In this document: positions 1-9,317 of the stretch, piece after piece
How the letters are laid out: each line of letters begins with the position of its first letter
How positions within the stretch are numbered: position 1 is the first letter of the stretch
DNA from: Candidatus Nezhaarchaeales archaeon
Lineage (GTDB): Archaea; Thermoproteota; Methanomethylicia; Nezhaarchaeales; WYZ-LMO8
Length of the DNA stretch: 64,000 nucleotides
Reading direction: 5' to 3'
Assembly (NCBI GenBank): GCA_038887515.1
Contig: JAWAKK010000001.1
Location: 160,001-224,000 of the forward strand
Position numbers and translations under genes: made by a program
Notes under the pieces: generated by a model
Seen by the model: only the letters and a program-made list of their open reading frames with translations
Databases searched by the model: none
Told to the model about the DNA's origin: nothing

Positions 1-2
1 TC

Positions 3-128
3 GAAGAAGTTATTAAGACCTTTAAAGTTCACGGATATGAGGCCCAACAAATAGGTTTCGTCATAGATAGGCCGCAAGTAGAAATTGAGTTGAAGGTGGA
101 TAGACTCGTTTATCAAAAATTAGATTAA
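3..128 (+). CDS. 3' end of a gene entering the window, likely AIR-synthase (PurM-like) family
   Basis: Open frame EEVIKTFKVHGYEAQQIGFVIDRPQVEIELKVDRLVYQKLD* ending at TAA 126-128; the A..IG.V pattern is typical of AIRS C-termini. Confidence 0.45.
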   Translation, partial: EEVIKTFKVHGYEAQQIGFVIDRPQVEIELKVDRLVYQKLD

Positions 129-698
129 CCCTACGGCAGAAGCTATCGAAAGTAGCATTAGTGCTCCAACTATATCACCTATCGCTGTCACTATTGGTAT
201 TGCTGTGTTGTCAGGATCCCAACCATATTTGAAGGTTACAAAAGCGACTACGATTCCTACTAAAATTGCGGCAGCGGAGATGGAGAGTCCGGTAGATACC
301 ACGATTATTAATATCTTAAGTGGTTCTATAGCGCTAAGCTCCAGCAGGTATGACGCGGCCATAGCTAAGAATACCAAATAGATCGATGATATTACCGTTA
401 CAACTATTATGGCAATTGCGTACCTCTCAAGGTAAACGTTTCTCTCGATTTTAGGTCTTACAAGACCTAAATGTAAATACGTTGCTATCTTAGATCCTAT
501 CATACATCCAATGTTACCAGTCATATCGGATATGCATGGTACTAGAACTAATAGTATCGGAATTGTTAATAGAGTCTCTAGTCTAGCATTCAATATAGCC
601 CCTGCAAAACTGCTTATGGTGACTGAAGCTAGGATCGAAACCGTTCCTTGCTTTACTATGTCCTTAGCCTTGTAGAACGTCATATTATAACCCCACAC
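120..698 (-). CDS. MgtE-type integral membrane domain protein (divalent cation transporter half)
   Basis: About 5 TM helices; motifs P...DMTGNIG and GWDPDN.AIPIVT.IGD. Confidence 0.85.
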   Translation of the reverse strand: MWGYNMTFYKAKDIVKQGTVSILASVTISSFAGAILNARLETLLTIPILLVLVPCISDMTGNIGCMIGSKIATYLHLGLVRPKIERNVYLERYAIAIIVVTVISSIYLVFLAMAASYLLELSAIEPLKILIIVVSTGLSISAAAILVGIVVAFVTFKYGWDPDNTAIPIVTAIGDIVGALMLLSIASAVGLI

Positions 699-1260
699 TC
701 ATGAGTATTAGCGCTGCCAGAAATAGGCACGGTATGCTTATTATATCGCCAAGCGTCGTCACGAAGGGGCCCATGATTACATCGGGGTCTAGCCCTCTTT
801 GATAAACCCTTATGGTCATGACAGTAGTTACAAACATTATTATGAAGTTTGAAATTGTGCCCGCTATTAGCGACAGCAGGAATAGAGTAAGTAGCCCGGC
901 AGACTTGAAGCCGAAAAGAAGACACATAAAATGGGCTAAGCAACCTATTAGACTTGATAATAAAATGTTCAGCAAGAATGTGCCTACGAGATTTTGAATG
1001 AGGTCCTTTGAAAATTTGAACCTTGGCTCTATAACACCTACATGTAAAGCTGTGCTTAACCTTGAAGCCAGGGTACCGCCTATCGCCCCTCTCATTTGGA
1101 GGAAAGCCGGAACCATTATAAGCATTCCTGGAAGCTCTTCAAGGGACCTTCTCATTAACGCAAGACCTACGCCTGTTACTATGTCGATCGTTAAAACTGC
1201 TATTTGAGTCAATACTCCTTGTCGTATAGTCTCTCTGAACAATGCGGCCACCTTCGTCAC
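685..1260 (-). CDS. MgtE-type integral membrane domain protein (second half/paralog)
   Basis: Motifs VPAF..MRGAIGG.LASRLSTALH.G and GLDPD...GPFVTTLGD. Confidence 0.85.
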   Translation of the reverse strand: MTKVAALFRETIRQGVLTQIAVLTIDIVTGVGLALMRRSLEELPGMLIMVPAFLQMRGAIGGTLASRLSTALHVGVIEPRFKFSKDLIQNLVGTFLLNILLSSLIGCLAHFMCLLFGFKSAGLLTLFLLSLIAGTISNFIIMFVTTVMTIRVYQRGLDPDVIMGPFVTTLGDIISIPCLFLAALILMSVGL

Positions 1261-1347
1261 GATAAAGTTTAAATCTTATCTTAAGCCCTGAGGTATTACA
1301 TATATATCCTACGCTCGTAGCTGAATCATTGGAGGATTTGATCTAGG

Positions 1348-1917
1348 TTGGAAGAACCTAAGTCTGTCCGTGAACTCCTGATCGAGATAAAGGATGTAAC
1401 AGAGAAGATAGTCGACTTAGCTTTTTCTTCCTTCATGTTTAACTTGGAAGATGTAGCCCACGAGGTGTTGAGACTCGAAGAACGCATAGATGATCTACTA
1501 TACTTACTATACGTAAGGGTGCTAATGGCAGCTGAAACTACTCGTGACGCAGAGAAACTTGCACCACTCCTAGTCATAGCATCAGCTATGGAGAGCATAG
1601 CTGATGCCGCTGGGGATCTGGCAATAATATTTCTTAAAGGATTTAAACTTCATCCAGTCGTTTACGAATCGCTTAAGGAAGTCAAGGAAAGGGTCGCATC
1701 TTTTAAAGTTGGGGAGGGATCAAAGCTTGTCGGTAAAAAGATAGCTGACTTAAGCGAAGAACTAGGTGCACCTATTACCCCACTAATAATTTGCAGAGGT
1801 CAGAGTCGTCTGGTAAATCCTCCAGAAGACTTTGTTATAGAGCCTGGCGATACGATAATTGTTAGAACTAGTAGAGAAGCAGCTGAGAAGTTGGAGAAGG
1901 AGAGTGCTAGGGCTTGA
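1348..1917 (+). CDS. PhoU-domain + TrkA-C (RCK_C) protein
   Basis: N-terminal helical PhoU-like segment (VDLAFSS, ESIADAA); C-terminal GSKLVGKKI...PGD RCK_C; GGAGG upstream of TTG. Confidence 0.8.
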   Translation: MEEPKSVRELLIEIKDVTEKIVDLAFSSFMFNLEDVAHEVLRLEERIDDLLYLLYVRVLMAAETTRDAEKLAPLLVIASAMESIADAAGDLAIIFLKGFKLHPVVYESLKEVKERVASFKVGEGSKLVGKKIADLSEELGAPITPLIICRGQSRLVNPPEDFVIEPGDTIIVRTSREAAEKLEKESARA

Positions 1918-2495
1918 GCAAAAACTCCTTAACTGAAATCAGAGACATGCTCATAGAACTTAAGAATATAGCTGAGTTCATGGTAGATCTAGCTTATACA
2001 GCGTTGCTAACGAATAGCAGGGAATTGGCCGAAGAAGTTGAGAGACTTGAAGAGTACGTGGACGAACTACATACCCGTTATGAAATGGCGGTTTTAGAGT
2101 TAGCAAAACAGAGCGAGAAGTCCTCTGAATTCCTTGGGGCCCTTAGAGTAGGGCTTGTTGCCGAAGCTTTAGCTGATGCGGCAAGAGACATGGTTGAGCC
2201 TATACTTAGAGGGGAGGAACCTCACGAGATATTCATAGTTGTAATGGGCGAGGCCGAAGAAGCTATTGGTAGAATTAAGGTCGAAGAATATTCGCCGCTT
2301 GTCGGCAAGAGCCTATCGGAGCTTAGAGCTGAAAGCCTGCTCGTATCTGTTATAGCTATGAGAAGAGAAGGAAGGTGGATGTTACACCCAAGCTGTGATG
2401 TCAAGCTCTGTGCAAACGACATCCTTGTAGTTAAGGGAAGGAATGAAGATATTGAAGAATTGAAGAGACTAGCTAAAGGTAAAGTGAGCGATTAA
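1914..2495 (+). CDS. PhoU-domain + TrkA-C (RCK_C) protein, paralog
   Basis: MVDLAYTALL, EALADAA, SPLVGKSLSEL...DILVVKG; 4-bp overlap with upstream paralog. Confidence 0.8.
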   Translation: MSKNSLTEIRDMLIELKNIAEFMVDLAYTALLTNSRELAEEVERLEEYVDELHTRYEMAVLELAKQSEKSSEFLGALRVGLVAEALADAARDMVEPILRGEEPHEIFIVVMGEAEEAIGRIKVEEYSPLVGKSLSELRAESLLVSVIAMRREGRWMLHPSCDVKLCANDILVVKGRNEDIEELKRLAKGKVSD

Positions 2496-3157
2496 TGGCC
2501 TTGACGAGTACTGAAGGATACAAGGTACTGCTCAAGCTCCTAGAACATAAAAACATAAAGATTGACGAGCTTTATCCTGCCGAGATAGAGAAATACCTGC
2601 TCTATCTTCACGACCAAAATATTGTACATTTAGATCGGGAAGGCATCCAAGTAGTTGACCCAATAAGCTTGGCTATTGAAACCATTAAGCTAGGCGCAAG
2701 TATAGAAGCAGCATCACGATGGTTAAGCTGGAAAGAATTTGAGAGGTTTTGCGCGGAGGCTTTAATGAACCACAACTTCAAGGTAAAGGCCCCTTTCAGG
2801 TTCAAAGCAAATGATAAAAGATACGAAGTGGACGTGCTAGCTCACAGGGCTAGTATTGTTTTGTGCATTGACTGCAAGCATTGGAAGGTGAAGAAAGGTC
2901 AATGGCACAAAATCAAGTCGGCTGCTCTCAGCCACTTAAATAAGTGCATCAATTTACGTGGACTACCAGATATACTTAGAAGCTTAGGTATTGGATCTGA
3001 CAAGGCGCACGTATTTCCGGTAATAGTTACGTTGATAGATCTCGATCTAAAGACCCCAGTGAGTGGGGTCTTGATTTTACCGATATTCAAGTTTAATTCA
3101 TTCTTGCTTGATCTCGAGAAATATGTTGACGAACTCCCATCAATAAATACTTACTGA
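2495..3157 (+). CDS. PD-(D/E)xK nuclease, Mrr/restriction-endonuclease-like
   Basis: LSWKEFE...EVDVLA...IDCKHW motif. Confidence 0.7.
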   Translation: MALTSTEGYKVLLKLLEHKNIKIDELYPAEIEKYLLYLHDQNIVHLDREGIQVVDPISLAIETIKLGASIEAASRWLSWKEFERFCAEALMNHNFKVKAPFRFKANDKRYEVDVLAHRASIVLCIDCKHWKVKKGQWHKIKSAALSHLNKCINLRGLPDILRSLGIGSDKAHVFPVIVTLIDLDLKTPVSGVLILPIFKFNSFLLDLEKYVDELPSINTY

Positions 3158-3202
3158 GCAAACTTGATTAGATACCTCTAAGAGACGTTTCACTTAAGCC
3201 GG

Positions 3203-4996
3203 GTGAGGAACACGAAGGGCTCAAGGGCAGGAGTGCTAACGTCTGGATGGCCGAGAACGGCGATAATTTGCCTAGTTGGCTTTGCATCGTCAATACTATC
3301 AGCACTGATGCTTGCGGCTTTAAGGGACCCTGTAGATGCTTTGTACATATTTCTATTAGGAATCGTCGGTATATGGCTCCCCGCCATCGTATTCTCCATA
3401 TTTCAGTCCATCATAATTGGTGGTGGAGTAATGAATTTGAAAAGGGGGCTCAGCAATATATCTGCCCTCATGACTTTCATTTTATTAACCTCAATAATTG
3501 GAACTGTGATTCGATTGTTCGTCGTTACGATATCAACGGAGGAACTCATAATCATCGGAACATCTCTGGCCGCATCGCTTAATGCGCTAGTATATAGGTA
3601 CATGACTGGAAAGAGTTTGGCGATAACTATTTCAGTCTCAACGATATGGCCGATAATATCATTGGTGACGATCTCAATTATACTGGGTGTCAACGTTATT
3701 GATGTAGGGGGCTCAAAGTTACTGCTAGTTTTAGCTCTAATGGCTTTACCAGCTATCGCTCTATCTGAAGGAATCGATAGAGTCAGCGAGAAGTTGGTAG
3801 GTATGTGCTCCAAGAGAGTTTTTAGAGCTTATATAACTAACTGGTTGACAGGCGTTAAGAGAGATCTCGAAGCAGTTTTTAACCATATTGGCACGGACTC
3901 TGAGGTTTCATGTAGCCTTGTATTTGCTCTTGACCAGGAAGGCACACTTAGAGGGATAATATCTGTACCACAAGTACACCCAGGACCTCTTAGAAATATC
4001 GGTAGCAGTTCATTACCATCAGACCTAGTATCGATAATAGAATCAAACCGAAATATTAAGTCCATAGTTTTCCACGGGTTTGCAACACACGCATCCGATA
4101 TAACTTCATCTGAAGACTACAGAGAGTTTTTAGAACATGTGAAGAAGGCTATTGCCAAACCACCAACTTCGACGGTTAACGGCCCGTCAAGTTACTTGAT
4201 AAGGATTGACGTGGGAGGCCGGTCGGTAGGTTGCCAGCTTATTAGAGGGACTCCACTAATCTTTGTTTCAGGTGAGGAGAAAGGAATAGAAGATATCCCC
4301 GAGTCCGTCAGGGCTGCTGTTGAACGAGACATCGAGAAAATTTATGGAGTAAAGCCGATTTTAATAAATGCACATAACTTGTACGAAGAGGAAGTACACT
4401 TAGACCCTGAAAAATTGAAGGAAGGAATATTGAAAGCCGTAGAACTAGCTTTTAAGACTTCTTCTTACGATGCCATAAAGGTTGGGCTAGGTAAAGCTGA
4501 GCAACTGTACTTTAACGAGAATCACGGTATAGGATCTTCCGGTATCCGAGTCTTAGTAACGGAGTTTAAAGGATCGAAGTTTTGTTATGTCGTTATAGAC
4601 GCAAACAATGCTAGTAGAGAGTTTAGGAGCTCTCTTAGGACAGCTTTAAAGTCACTCAGTTTTAGCGACTGTGAGATTTTCACGACAGATAACCATACGA
4701 TAGTTCACTTGAAGGGGGTAAGGTCGAAGAGAGGATATTACGTTCTAGGAGAGAAGGTCAATGTTGAAGATATTTTAGATCATGTAAAAAGGGCTATCAA
4801 GGAAGCCGAAGAAGGACTTTTTGAGGCGAAGGTAGCATACCAAGAAATTAAAGTTAAGGCTCACGTCCTAGGAGATAATGGCTATAGAAGTATAGAAACC
4901 CTAATGGATCAAGCCGTTGAAAGGTTCAAAAACCTAAGCATAATCAGCTATGGCTTAGCCCTGGCCGCTTCATTGTTACTATGCGGATTGACATAA
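3203..4996 (+). CDS. DUF2070 family membrane protein
   Basis: N-terminal TM bundle, HPGP..NIGSS.LP, NAHN, DANN and TTDNH motifs. Confidence 0.8.
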   Translation: MRNTKGSRAGVLTSGWPRTAIICLVGFASSILSALMLAALRDPVDALYIFLLGIVGIWLPAIVFSIFQSIIIGGGVMNLKRGLSNISALMTFILLTSIIGTVIRLFVVTISTEELIIIGTSLAASLNALVYRYMTGKSLAITISVSTIWPIISLVTISIILGVNVIDVGGSKLLLVLALMALPAIALSEGIDRVSEKLVGMCSKRVFRAYITNWLTGVKRDLEAVFNHIGTDSEVSCSLVFALDQEGTLRGIISVPQVHPGPLRNIGSSSLPSDLVSIIESNRNIKSIVFHGFATHASDITSSEDYREFLEHVKKAIAKPPTSTVNGPSSYLIRIDVGGRSVGCQLIRGTPLIFVSGEEKGIEDIPESVRAAVERDIEKIYGVKPILINAHNLYEEEVHLDPEKLKEGILKAVELAFKTSSYDAIKVGLGKAEQLYFNENHGIGSSGIRVLVTEFKGSKFCYVVIDANNASREFRSSLRTALKSLSFSDCEIFTTDNHTIVHLKGVRSKRGYYVLGEKVNVEDILDHVKRAIKEAEEGLFEAKVAYQEIKVKAHVLGDNGYRSIETLMDQAVERFKNLSIISYGLALAASLLLCGLT

Positions 4997-5154
4997 AAGA
5001 TCCTCAGGTCTATGAATATTGGAATTTAATTTTCTTTAACAATTCAAGCTTCTAATTTTCAATCTTAGTAAATTGATATGGAGGTCGCCGAGAAACCTTT
5101 TTAAAGGAGTTTTCCTCTGACTGGAAGTATTACTTAGAAGATGATGGTGGTAGG

Positions 5155-6357
5155 ATGGAGTACAAGGAAATGGCTGTAAGCTACTATAACTTCCTCCCCG
5201 AAGTAAGGGAACTTATGGAGCTTCCAAGTCTCGTAATTATACATGACACAACTCTTAGAGAAGGAGAACAAGCAGCAGGCGTGATATATAGACCTGAAGA
5301 TAAGCTCTACATAGCTAAGTTGTTAGATGAAGTAGGTATACAGCAAATCGAGGCTGGTTTCCCGGCCGCATCAAAGGGTGAAAGGGAAGCCTTAAAGCTA
5401 ATAGTTAACGAGGGTCTCAATGCTAAGATATTTGGTTTTGCTCGTGCTGTTAAATCTGATGTAGATGCCGTAGCCGATGTAGGCGCCTACGGCTTAGTCA
5501 TGTCGTTCCCACCATCAGACATACACTTAAAGTATAAGCTCAGGATAAGCCGGGAAGAGTACTACAACAAAGCTATAGAGCTAGTAGAGTACGCTAAGAG
5601 TCGTGGTCTCTACATAACTTTTAGCGCTGAGGACTCTACAAGGGCGGACTTAAACTTCCTAGTGAAGGTTTTCAATGGAATAGTTGAAGCTGGATGTGAT
5701 AGGGTGAGAATAGTCGATACTTTAGGTTGTATACATCCAACGGCGATGAAATTCCTAGTAAAGAAGGTAAAGGAATTATTGAAGAAAAAGGTTCCAATAG
5801 AAGTGCATTGCCACAACGATCATGGTCTCGCCGTAGCCAATACCCTAGCTGCAGTTGAAGCTGGGGCTGAAGTTATCTCAACGTCTGTTTTGGGTATAGG
5901 CGAGAGATGCGGCCTAGCTCCAACGGAAGAGGTAATAATAGCCCTCAAGAACTTATATGGCCTAGGGAACTTCAGAACGGAAAAGTTGTATAAGCTTTGT
6001 AGAGAAGTAGAGAGGATAACTAAGATAACCATACCACCTCATAAGCCGGTTGTAGGTGTCAACGCGTTTGCCCACGCAAGCGGCATACACCAACATGCGG
6101 TGCTCGAAAATCCGATATGCTATGAGCCTTATCCACCGGAAATGGTAGGCCAAATGAGGAGGATAGTGATAGGAAAGCTTTCGGGAAGACACGCTGTAAG
6201 GGCTAAGCTTTTAGAGCTAGGCATTAATGCCACGGACGAAGAAGTATCTAAGATAATTGAGCTGGTAAAGTTGGTCAGCGAAGAAAGGAGGTCTCCTTTA
6301 ACTGATGAAGAGTTCATCGAGATAGTCAACATGGTAAAAGGAGCGAAGGAAAAATAA
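5155..6357 (+). CDS. Homocitrate/isopropylmalate/citramalate synthase family (DRE-TIM), no C-terminal regulatory domain
   Basis: DTTLREGEQ, HCHNDHGLA.AN, GIGERCG, HASGIH, GKLSGRHA. Confidence 0.9.
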   Translation: MEYKEMAVSYYNFLPEVRELMELPSLVIIHDTTLREGEQAAGVIYRPEDKLYIAKLLDEVGIQQIEAGFPAASKGEREALKLIVNEGLNAKIFGFARAVKSDVDAVADVGAYGLVMSFPPSDIHLKYKLRISREEYYNKAIELVEYAKSRGLYITFSAEDSTRADLNFLVKVFNGIVEAGCDRVRIVDTLGCIHPTAMKFLVKKVKELLKKKVPIEVHCHNDHGLAVANTLAAVEAGAEVISTSVLGIGERCGLAPTEEVIIALKNLYGLGNFRTEKLYKLCREVERITKITIPPHKPVVGVNAFAHASGIHQHAVLENPICYEPYPPEMVGQMRRIVIGKLSGRHAVRAKLLELGINATDEEVSKIIELVKLVSEERRSPLTDEEFIEIVNMVKGAKEK

Positions 6358-6367
6358 TTTTTATTTT
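6351..6367. terminator. A/T-tract between convergent genes, probable bidirectional terminator
   Basis: aaaataatttttatttt spanning the two stop codons. Confidence 0.35.
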
Positions 6368-7385
6368 AACAGAACTTCATCAGTGCCTCTTTAACTGCTC
6401 TAGAGAAATCTTTCGTAGTCGCTTTACCGCCTAAATCTGGCGTAACGTTTCTTCTGTCGCTTAGGGCCTTCGTTATGGCATTATCTAAGATATTGGCTGC
6501 TACAGTCTCGCCTAACCATTCTAGCATTATCTTTGCTGAAAGCATAGTTGCGCAGGGGTTTGCAACCCCTTTTCCAGCTATGTCGGGCGCGGATCCATGA
6601 ATAGGTTCAAATATAGCGTATCTATCACCTATGTTTGCCCCCGGAGCTATTCCAAGACTCCCTGTAACAGCAGCGGCCTCATCGGACAATATGTCTCCGA
6701 ACATGTTTGTCGTAACTATCACACTGAACCTTTCAGGTCTTACAACTAGGTTGTAAGCACAAGCGTCTACATACATCTCTTCATATGAGACCTCAGGATA
6801 TTCCTTCGCTACTTCTTTGCATGCCTTAGCGAAAAGACCACACGTCAGACTCATGACATTAGACTTATGAACTATGGTAACGAGTTTTTTAGCCCTCCTT
6901 AGCGCAATTTCGAAAGCTCTTCTAGCTATTCTCTCGCATCCTCTTTTCGTTATAACTCTAAGAGCCACTGCAGCATTACCTTCATCAACAGTGAACTCGT
7001 ACCTCTTATAGAGATCTTCAGTATTCTCCCTGACTATAACGAAATCTATATCATCTCGAAGGCATGGAATTCCTGGGTAGGACTTGAACGGCCTTATATT
7101 AGCGTAAAGGTCTAGCATCATCCTCAACTTAACTATTACATCTGCCGCACTTTCTCCAACAGGTCCTTTTAGCGTCGCGTGCGCTTTCAATATAGCATCT
7201 ATCGTTTCTTGGGGCAAAGCAGTACCCCTCAACTTTAAGCACTCGTCGCCAGCCTCGACGAAGTCGAAAGAAAGGCTTAGCCCCTTAACCGTGTCTTGAA
7301 GGGTCTGCAAGACTTCTATCGTAGCATCGATTACCTCTGGACCTATTCCGTCACCTCTTATAACGGCTATCCTATATGAGCCCAT
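6366..7385 (-). CDS. leuB: 3-isopropylmalate / homoisocitrate dehydrogenase family
   Basis: GDGIGPEV, KGPVGESAADV.VKLR, VRENTEDLY, NMFGDILSD, EPIHGSAPDIAGKG.ANP. Confidence 0.85.
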   Translation of the reverse strand: MGSYRIAVIRGDGIGPEVIDATIEVLQTLQDTVKGLSLSFDFVEAGDECLKLRGTALPQETIDAILKAHATLKGPVGESAADVIVKLRMMLDLYANIRPFKSYPGIPCLRDDIDFVIVRENTEDLYKRYEFTVDEGNAAVALRVITKRGCERIARRAFEIALRRAKKLVTIVHKSNVMSLTCGLFAKACKEVAKEYPEVSYEEMYVDACAYNLVVRPERFSVIVTTNMFGDILSDEAAAVTGSLGIAPGANIGDRYAIFEPIHGSAPDIAGKGVANPCATMLSAKIMLEWLGETVAANILDNAITKALSDRRNVTPDLGGKATTKDFSRAVKEALMKFC

Positions 7386-7880
7386 GGCATCACCTCATGG
7401 ATGCTTAATGCCGTTAGAGAGATGGGAGACCATAGCATATAAGGATTTTCCAAGAGGTTAAGTTCACCCTCTTTGGACTTACACGGTTCTAATGGCTGCG
7501 AGGATTGGCACGGTGAAATATGTTAAACAAGTTGCTTAGACAGGCTATCTCGTCCACGGACTAATTGACGGCTTCATAAAGTTCACGTCTAAAGAGGATT
7601 ACTATGCACTGTAAACACCGATTTATTAATGACTATACATTACGCAGAAGTTTAAACGTTTTAAGCAAGATGTTTAAAGTAGATGGCGTTTTATAAACAA
7701 TTACCGAAGTATGGTACTGACATCCTTTTTTATGCCGGCGAGCCGCCCATAAGTCCATTGAGTACTGCAAACTTTCGTCTTCACTTCTATCTTCGTTTAT
7801 TATGTCGTTATGATAAAACTATACAAGCTAACCAAACTATATTTTCTTAAAGCACTATAGGTAACCGATTAAGCTCTCCA

Positions 7881-9227
7881 ATGTTGCAACTAGTAAAGGT
7901 TCAAATAGTTATTAATAAAAAACTGTTGAATGTGGTGTCCAGCCAATTGAATAATGCTTATACAACACTGAGGATCCTCGACGTCAATTTCAATTATGGA
8001 GCTAGGGAGGTCCTCAAAGGAGTGACTTTGACGCTGGAAGAGGGAGAGTTCGTAGGCTTAATGGGACCTAATGGTTCTGGTAAGACCACCCTTTTAAAGG
8101 TGATAAACAATATCTTGAAGCCAAAGAGCGGTACGGTCATGGTGAATAAAGTTGAAGTATCTAAGCTTGATGTTAAGGAGCTTGCTAAGATATTCGGTAC
8201 TGTGAGCCAAGAATACGAAACTTCTCTAGGCTTTACAGCCTTCGACGTTGTCTTAATGGGAAGGAACCCTCACTTACGTAGACTTAAAGGCGAGTCCAAG
8301 AGGGACTACGAAGTAACTATTAAAGCTATGAGACTCACAAACACCCTACACTTAGCAGATAGGCTGTTTAGCGAACTTAGCGGAGGAGAGAAACAACGGG
8401 TAATAATAGCTAGGGCGCTAGCCCAAGAGCCAAGGGTCATGTTGCTAGATGAGCCTACATCACATCTAGACATCAACAACCAGATAGAGATCCTCGAACT
8501 TCTAAGGAAGCTATGTAGGGAAGAGCATATTTTGGTAATTGCTGTGATCCACGACTTTAACTTAGCAGCTTACTACTGTGACAAGATTGTACTCATGAAG
8601 AACGGCAGGATATACTCAGTGGGTCGACCTCATGAGGTCTTAACCTCAGAGAACGTCGAGGAGGTCTTTGGAATAAAGGTATCGGTCTCTAGACACCCGA
8701 TAACGGGGACGATATCCATTACGCCGATACTTAAACCTAAGACTCTTGCTTCCAATCGGAAAAAGAGAGTTCACATAGTGTGTGGCGGTGGAACTGGCGC
8801 GGCTGTAATAAGGGCCCTCGCCGAAAGGGGCTTTAAGCTCACGTCCGGTGTTCTGAACGTAATAGATTCAGACTACGAAGTCGCTATAGAACTATGCGAA
8901 GAAGTAGTTTCAGAGGCTCCTTTTTCTCCGATATCGGAGGATTCGCATAGGAGAAACCTTGAGTTAATAGAAAAGAGCGACGTGGTAGTTTTGACCGACG
9001 TCCCTATTGGGTGGGGGAACCTGAAGAACTTAGATGCTGTACAGAGGGCAATAGAGAAGGGAAAGGACGTTTACCTAATAGAATCCAGAGAAGGCGTATC
9101 GGGGGTTAACGACAGAGACTATACTGGTGGGGAAGCTACGAAGATTTTAAGCCAGATAGCTCAGAAGGCTGTAAAAGTCTCATCGATAATCGATTTATTA
9201 AACTTCTTGGAAAAAGTGAATCGATAA
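7881..9227 (+). CDS. ABC transporter ATP-binding protein, cobalamin/Fe-complex (BtuD/FhuC) type with archaeal C-terminal domain
   Basis: Walker A GPNGSGKT, LSGGEKQR, LLDEPTSHLD, HDFNLA; C-terminal VHIVCGGGTG domain; true start probably slightly downstream. Confidence 0.85.
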   Translation: MLQLVKVQIVINKKLLNVVSSQLNNAYTTLRILDVNFNYGAREVLKGVTLTLEEGEFVGLMGPNGSGKTTLLKVINNILKPKSGTVMVNKVEVSKLDVKELAKIFGTVSQEYETSLGFTAFDVVLMGRNPHLRRLKGESKRDYEVTIKAMRLTNTLHLADRLFSELSGGEKQRVIIARALAQEPRVMLLDEPTSHLDINNQIEILELLRKLCREEHILVIAVIHDFNLAAYYCDKIVLMKNGRIYSVGRPHEVLTSENVEEVFGIKVSVSRHPITGTISITPILKPKTLASNRKKRVHIVCGGGTGAAVIRALAERGFKLTSGVLNVIDSDYEVAIELCEEVVSEAPFSPISEDSHRRNLELIEKSDVVVLTDVPIGWGNLKNLDAVQRAIEKGKDVYLIESREGVSGVNDRDYTGGEATKILSQIAQKAVKVSSIIDLLNFLEKVNR

Positions 9228-9317
9228 ATTAATGACTAGCTTACATGAGTTGGGTTAATCTAAAATTTAAAACTAATCTCTAATCCTTCTAAAGGAGAAG
9301 TGCTTGACTGTTGAAAG

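Noticed and set aside
7492-7614. TAG read-through (pyrrolysine-like) in a 40-codon frame
   Set aside because: Too short, no recognisable family, no pyl genes in the window, and TAG is an ordinary stop for many genes here
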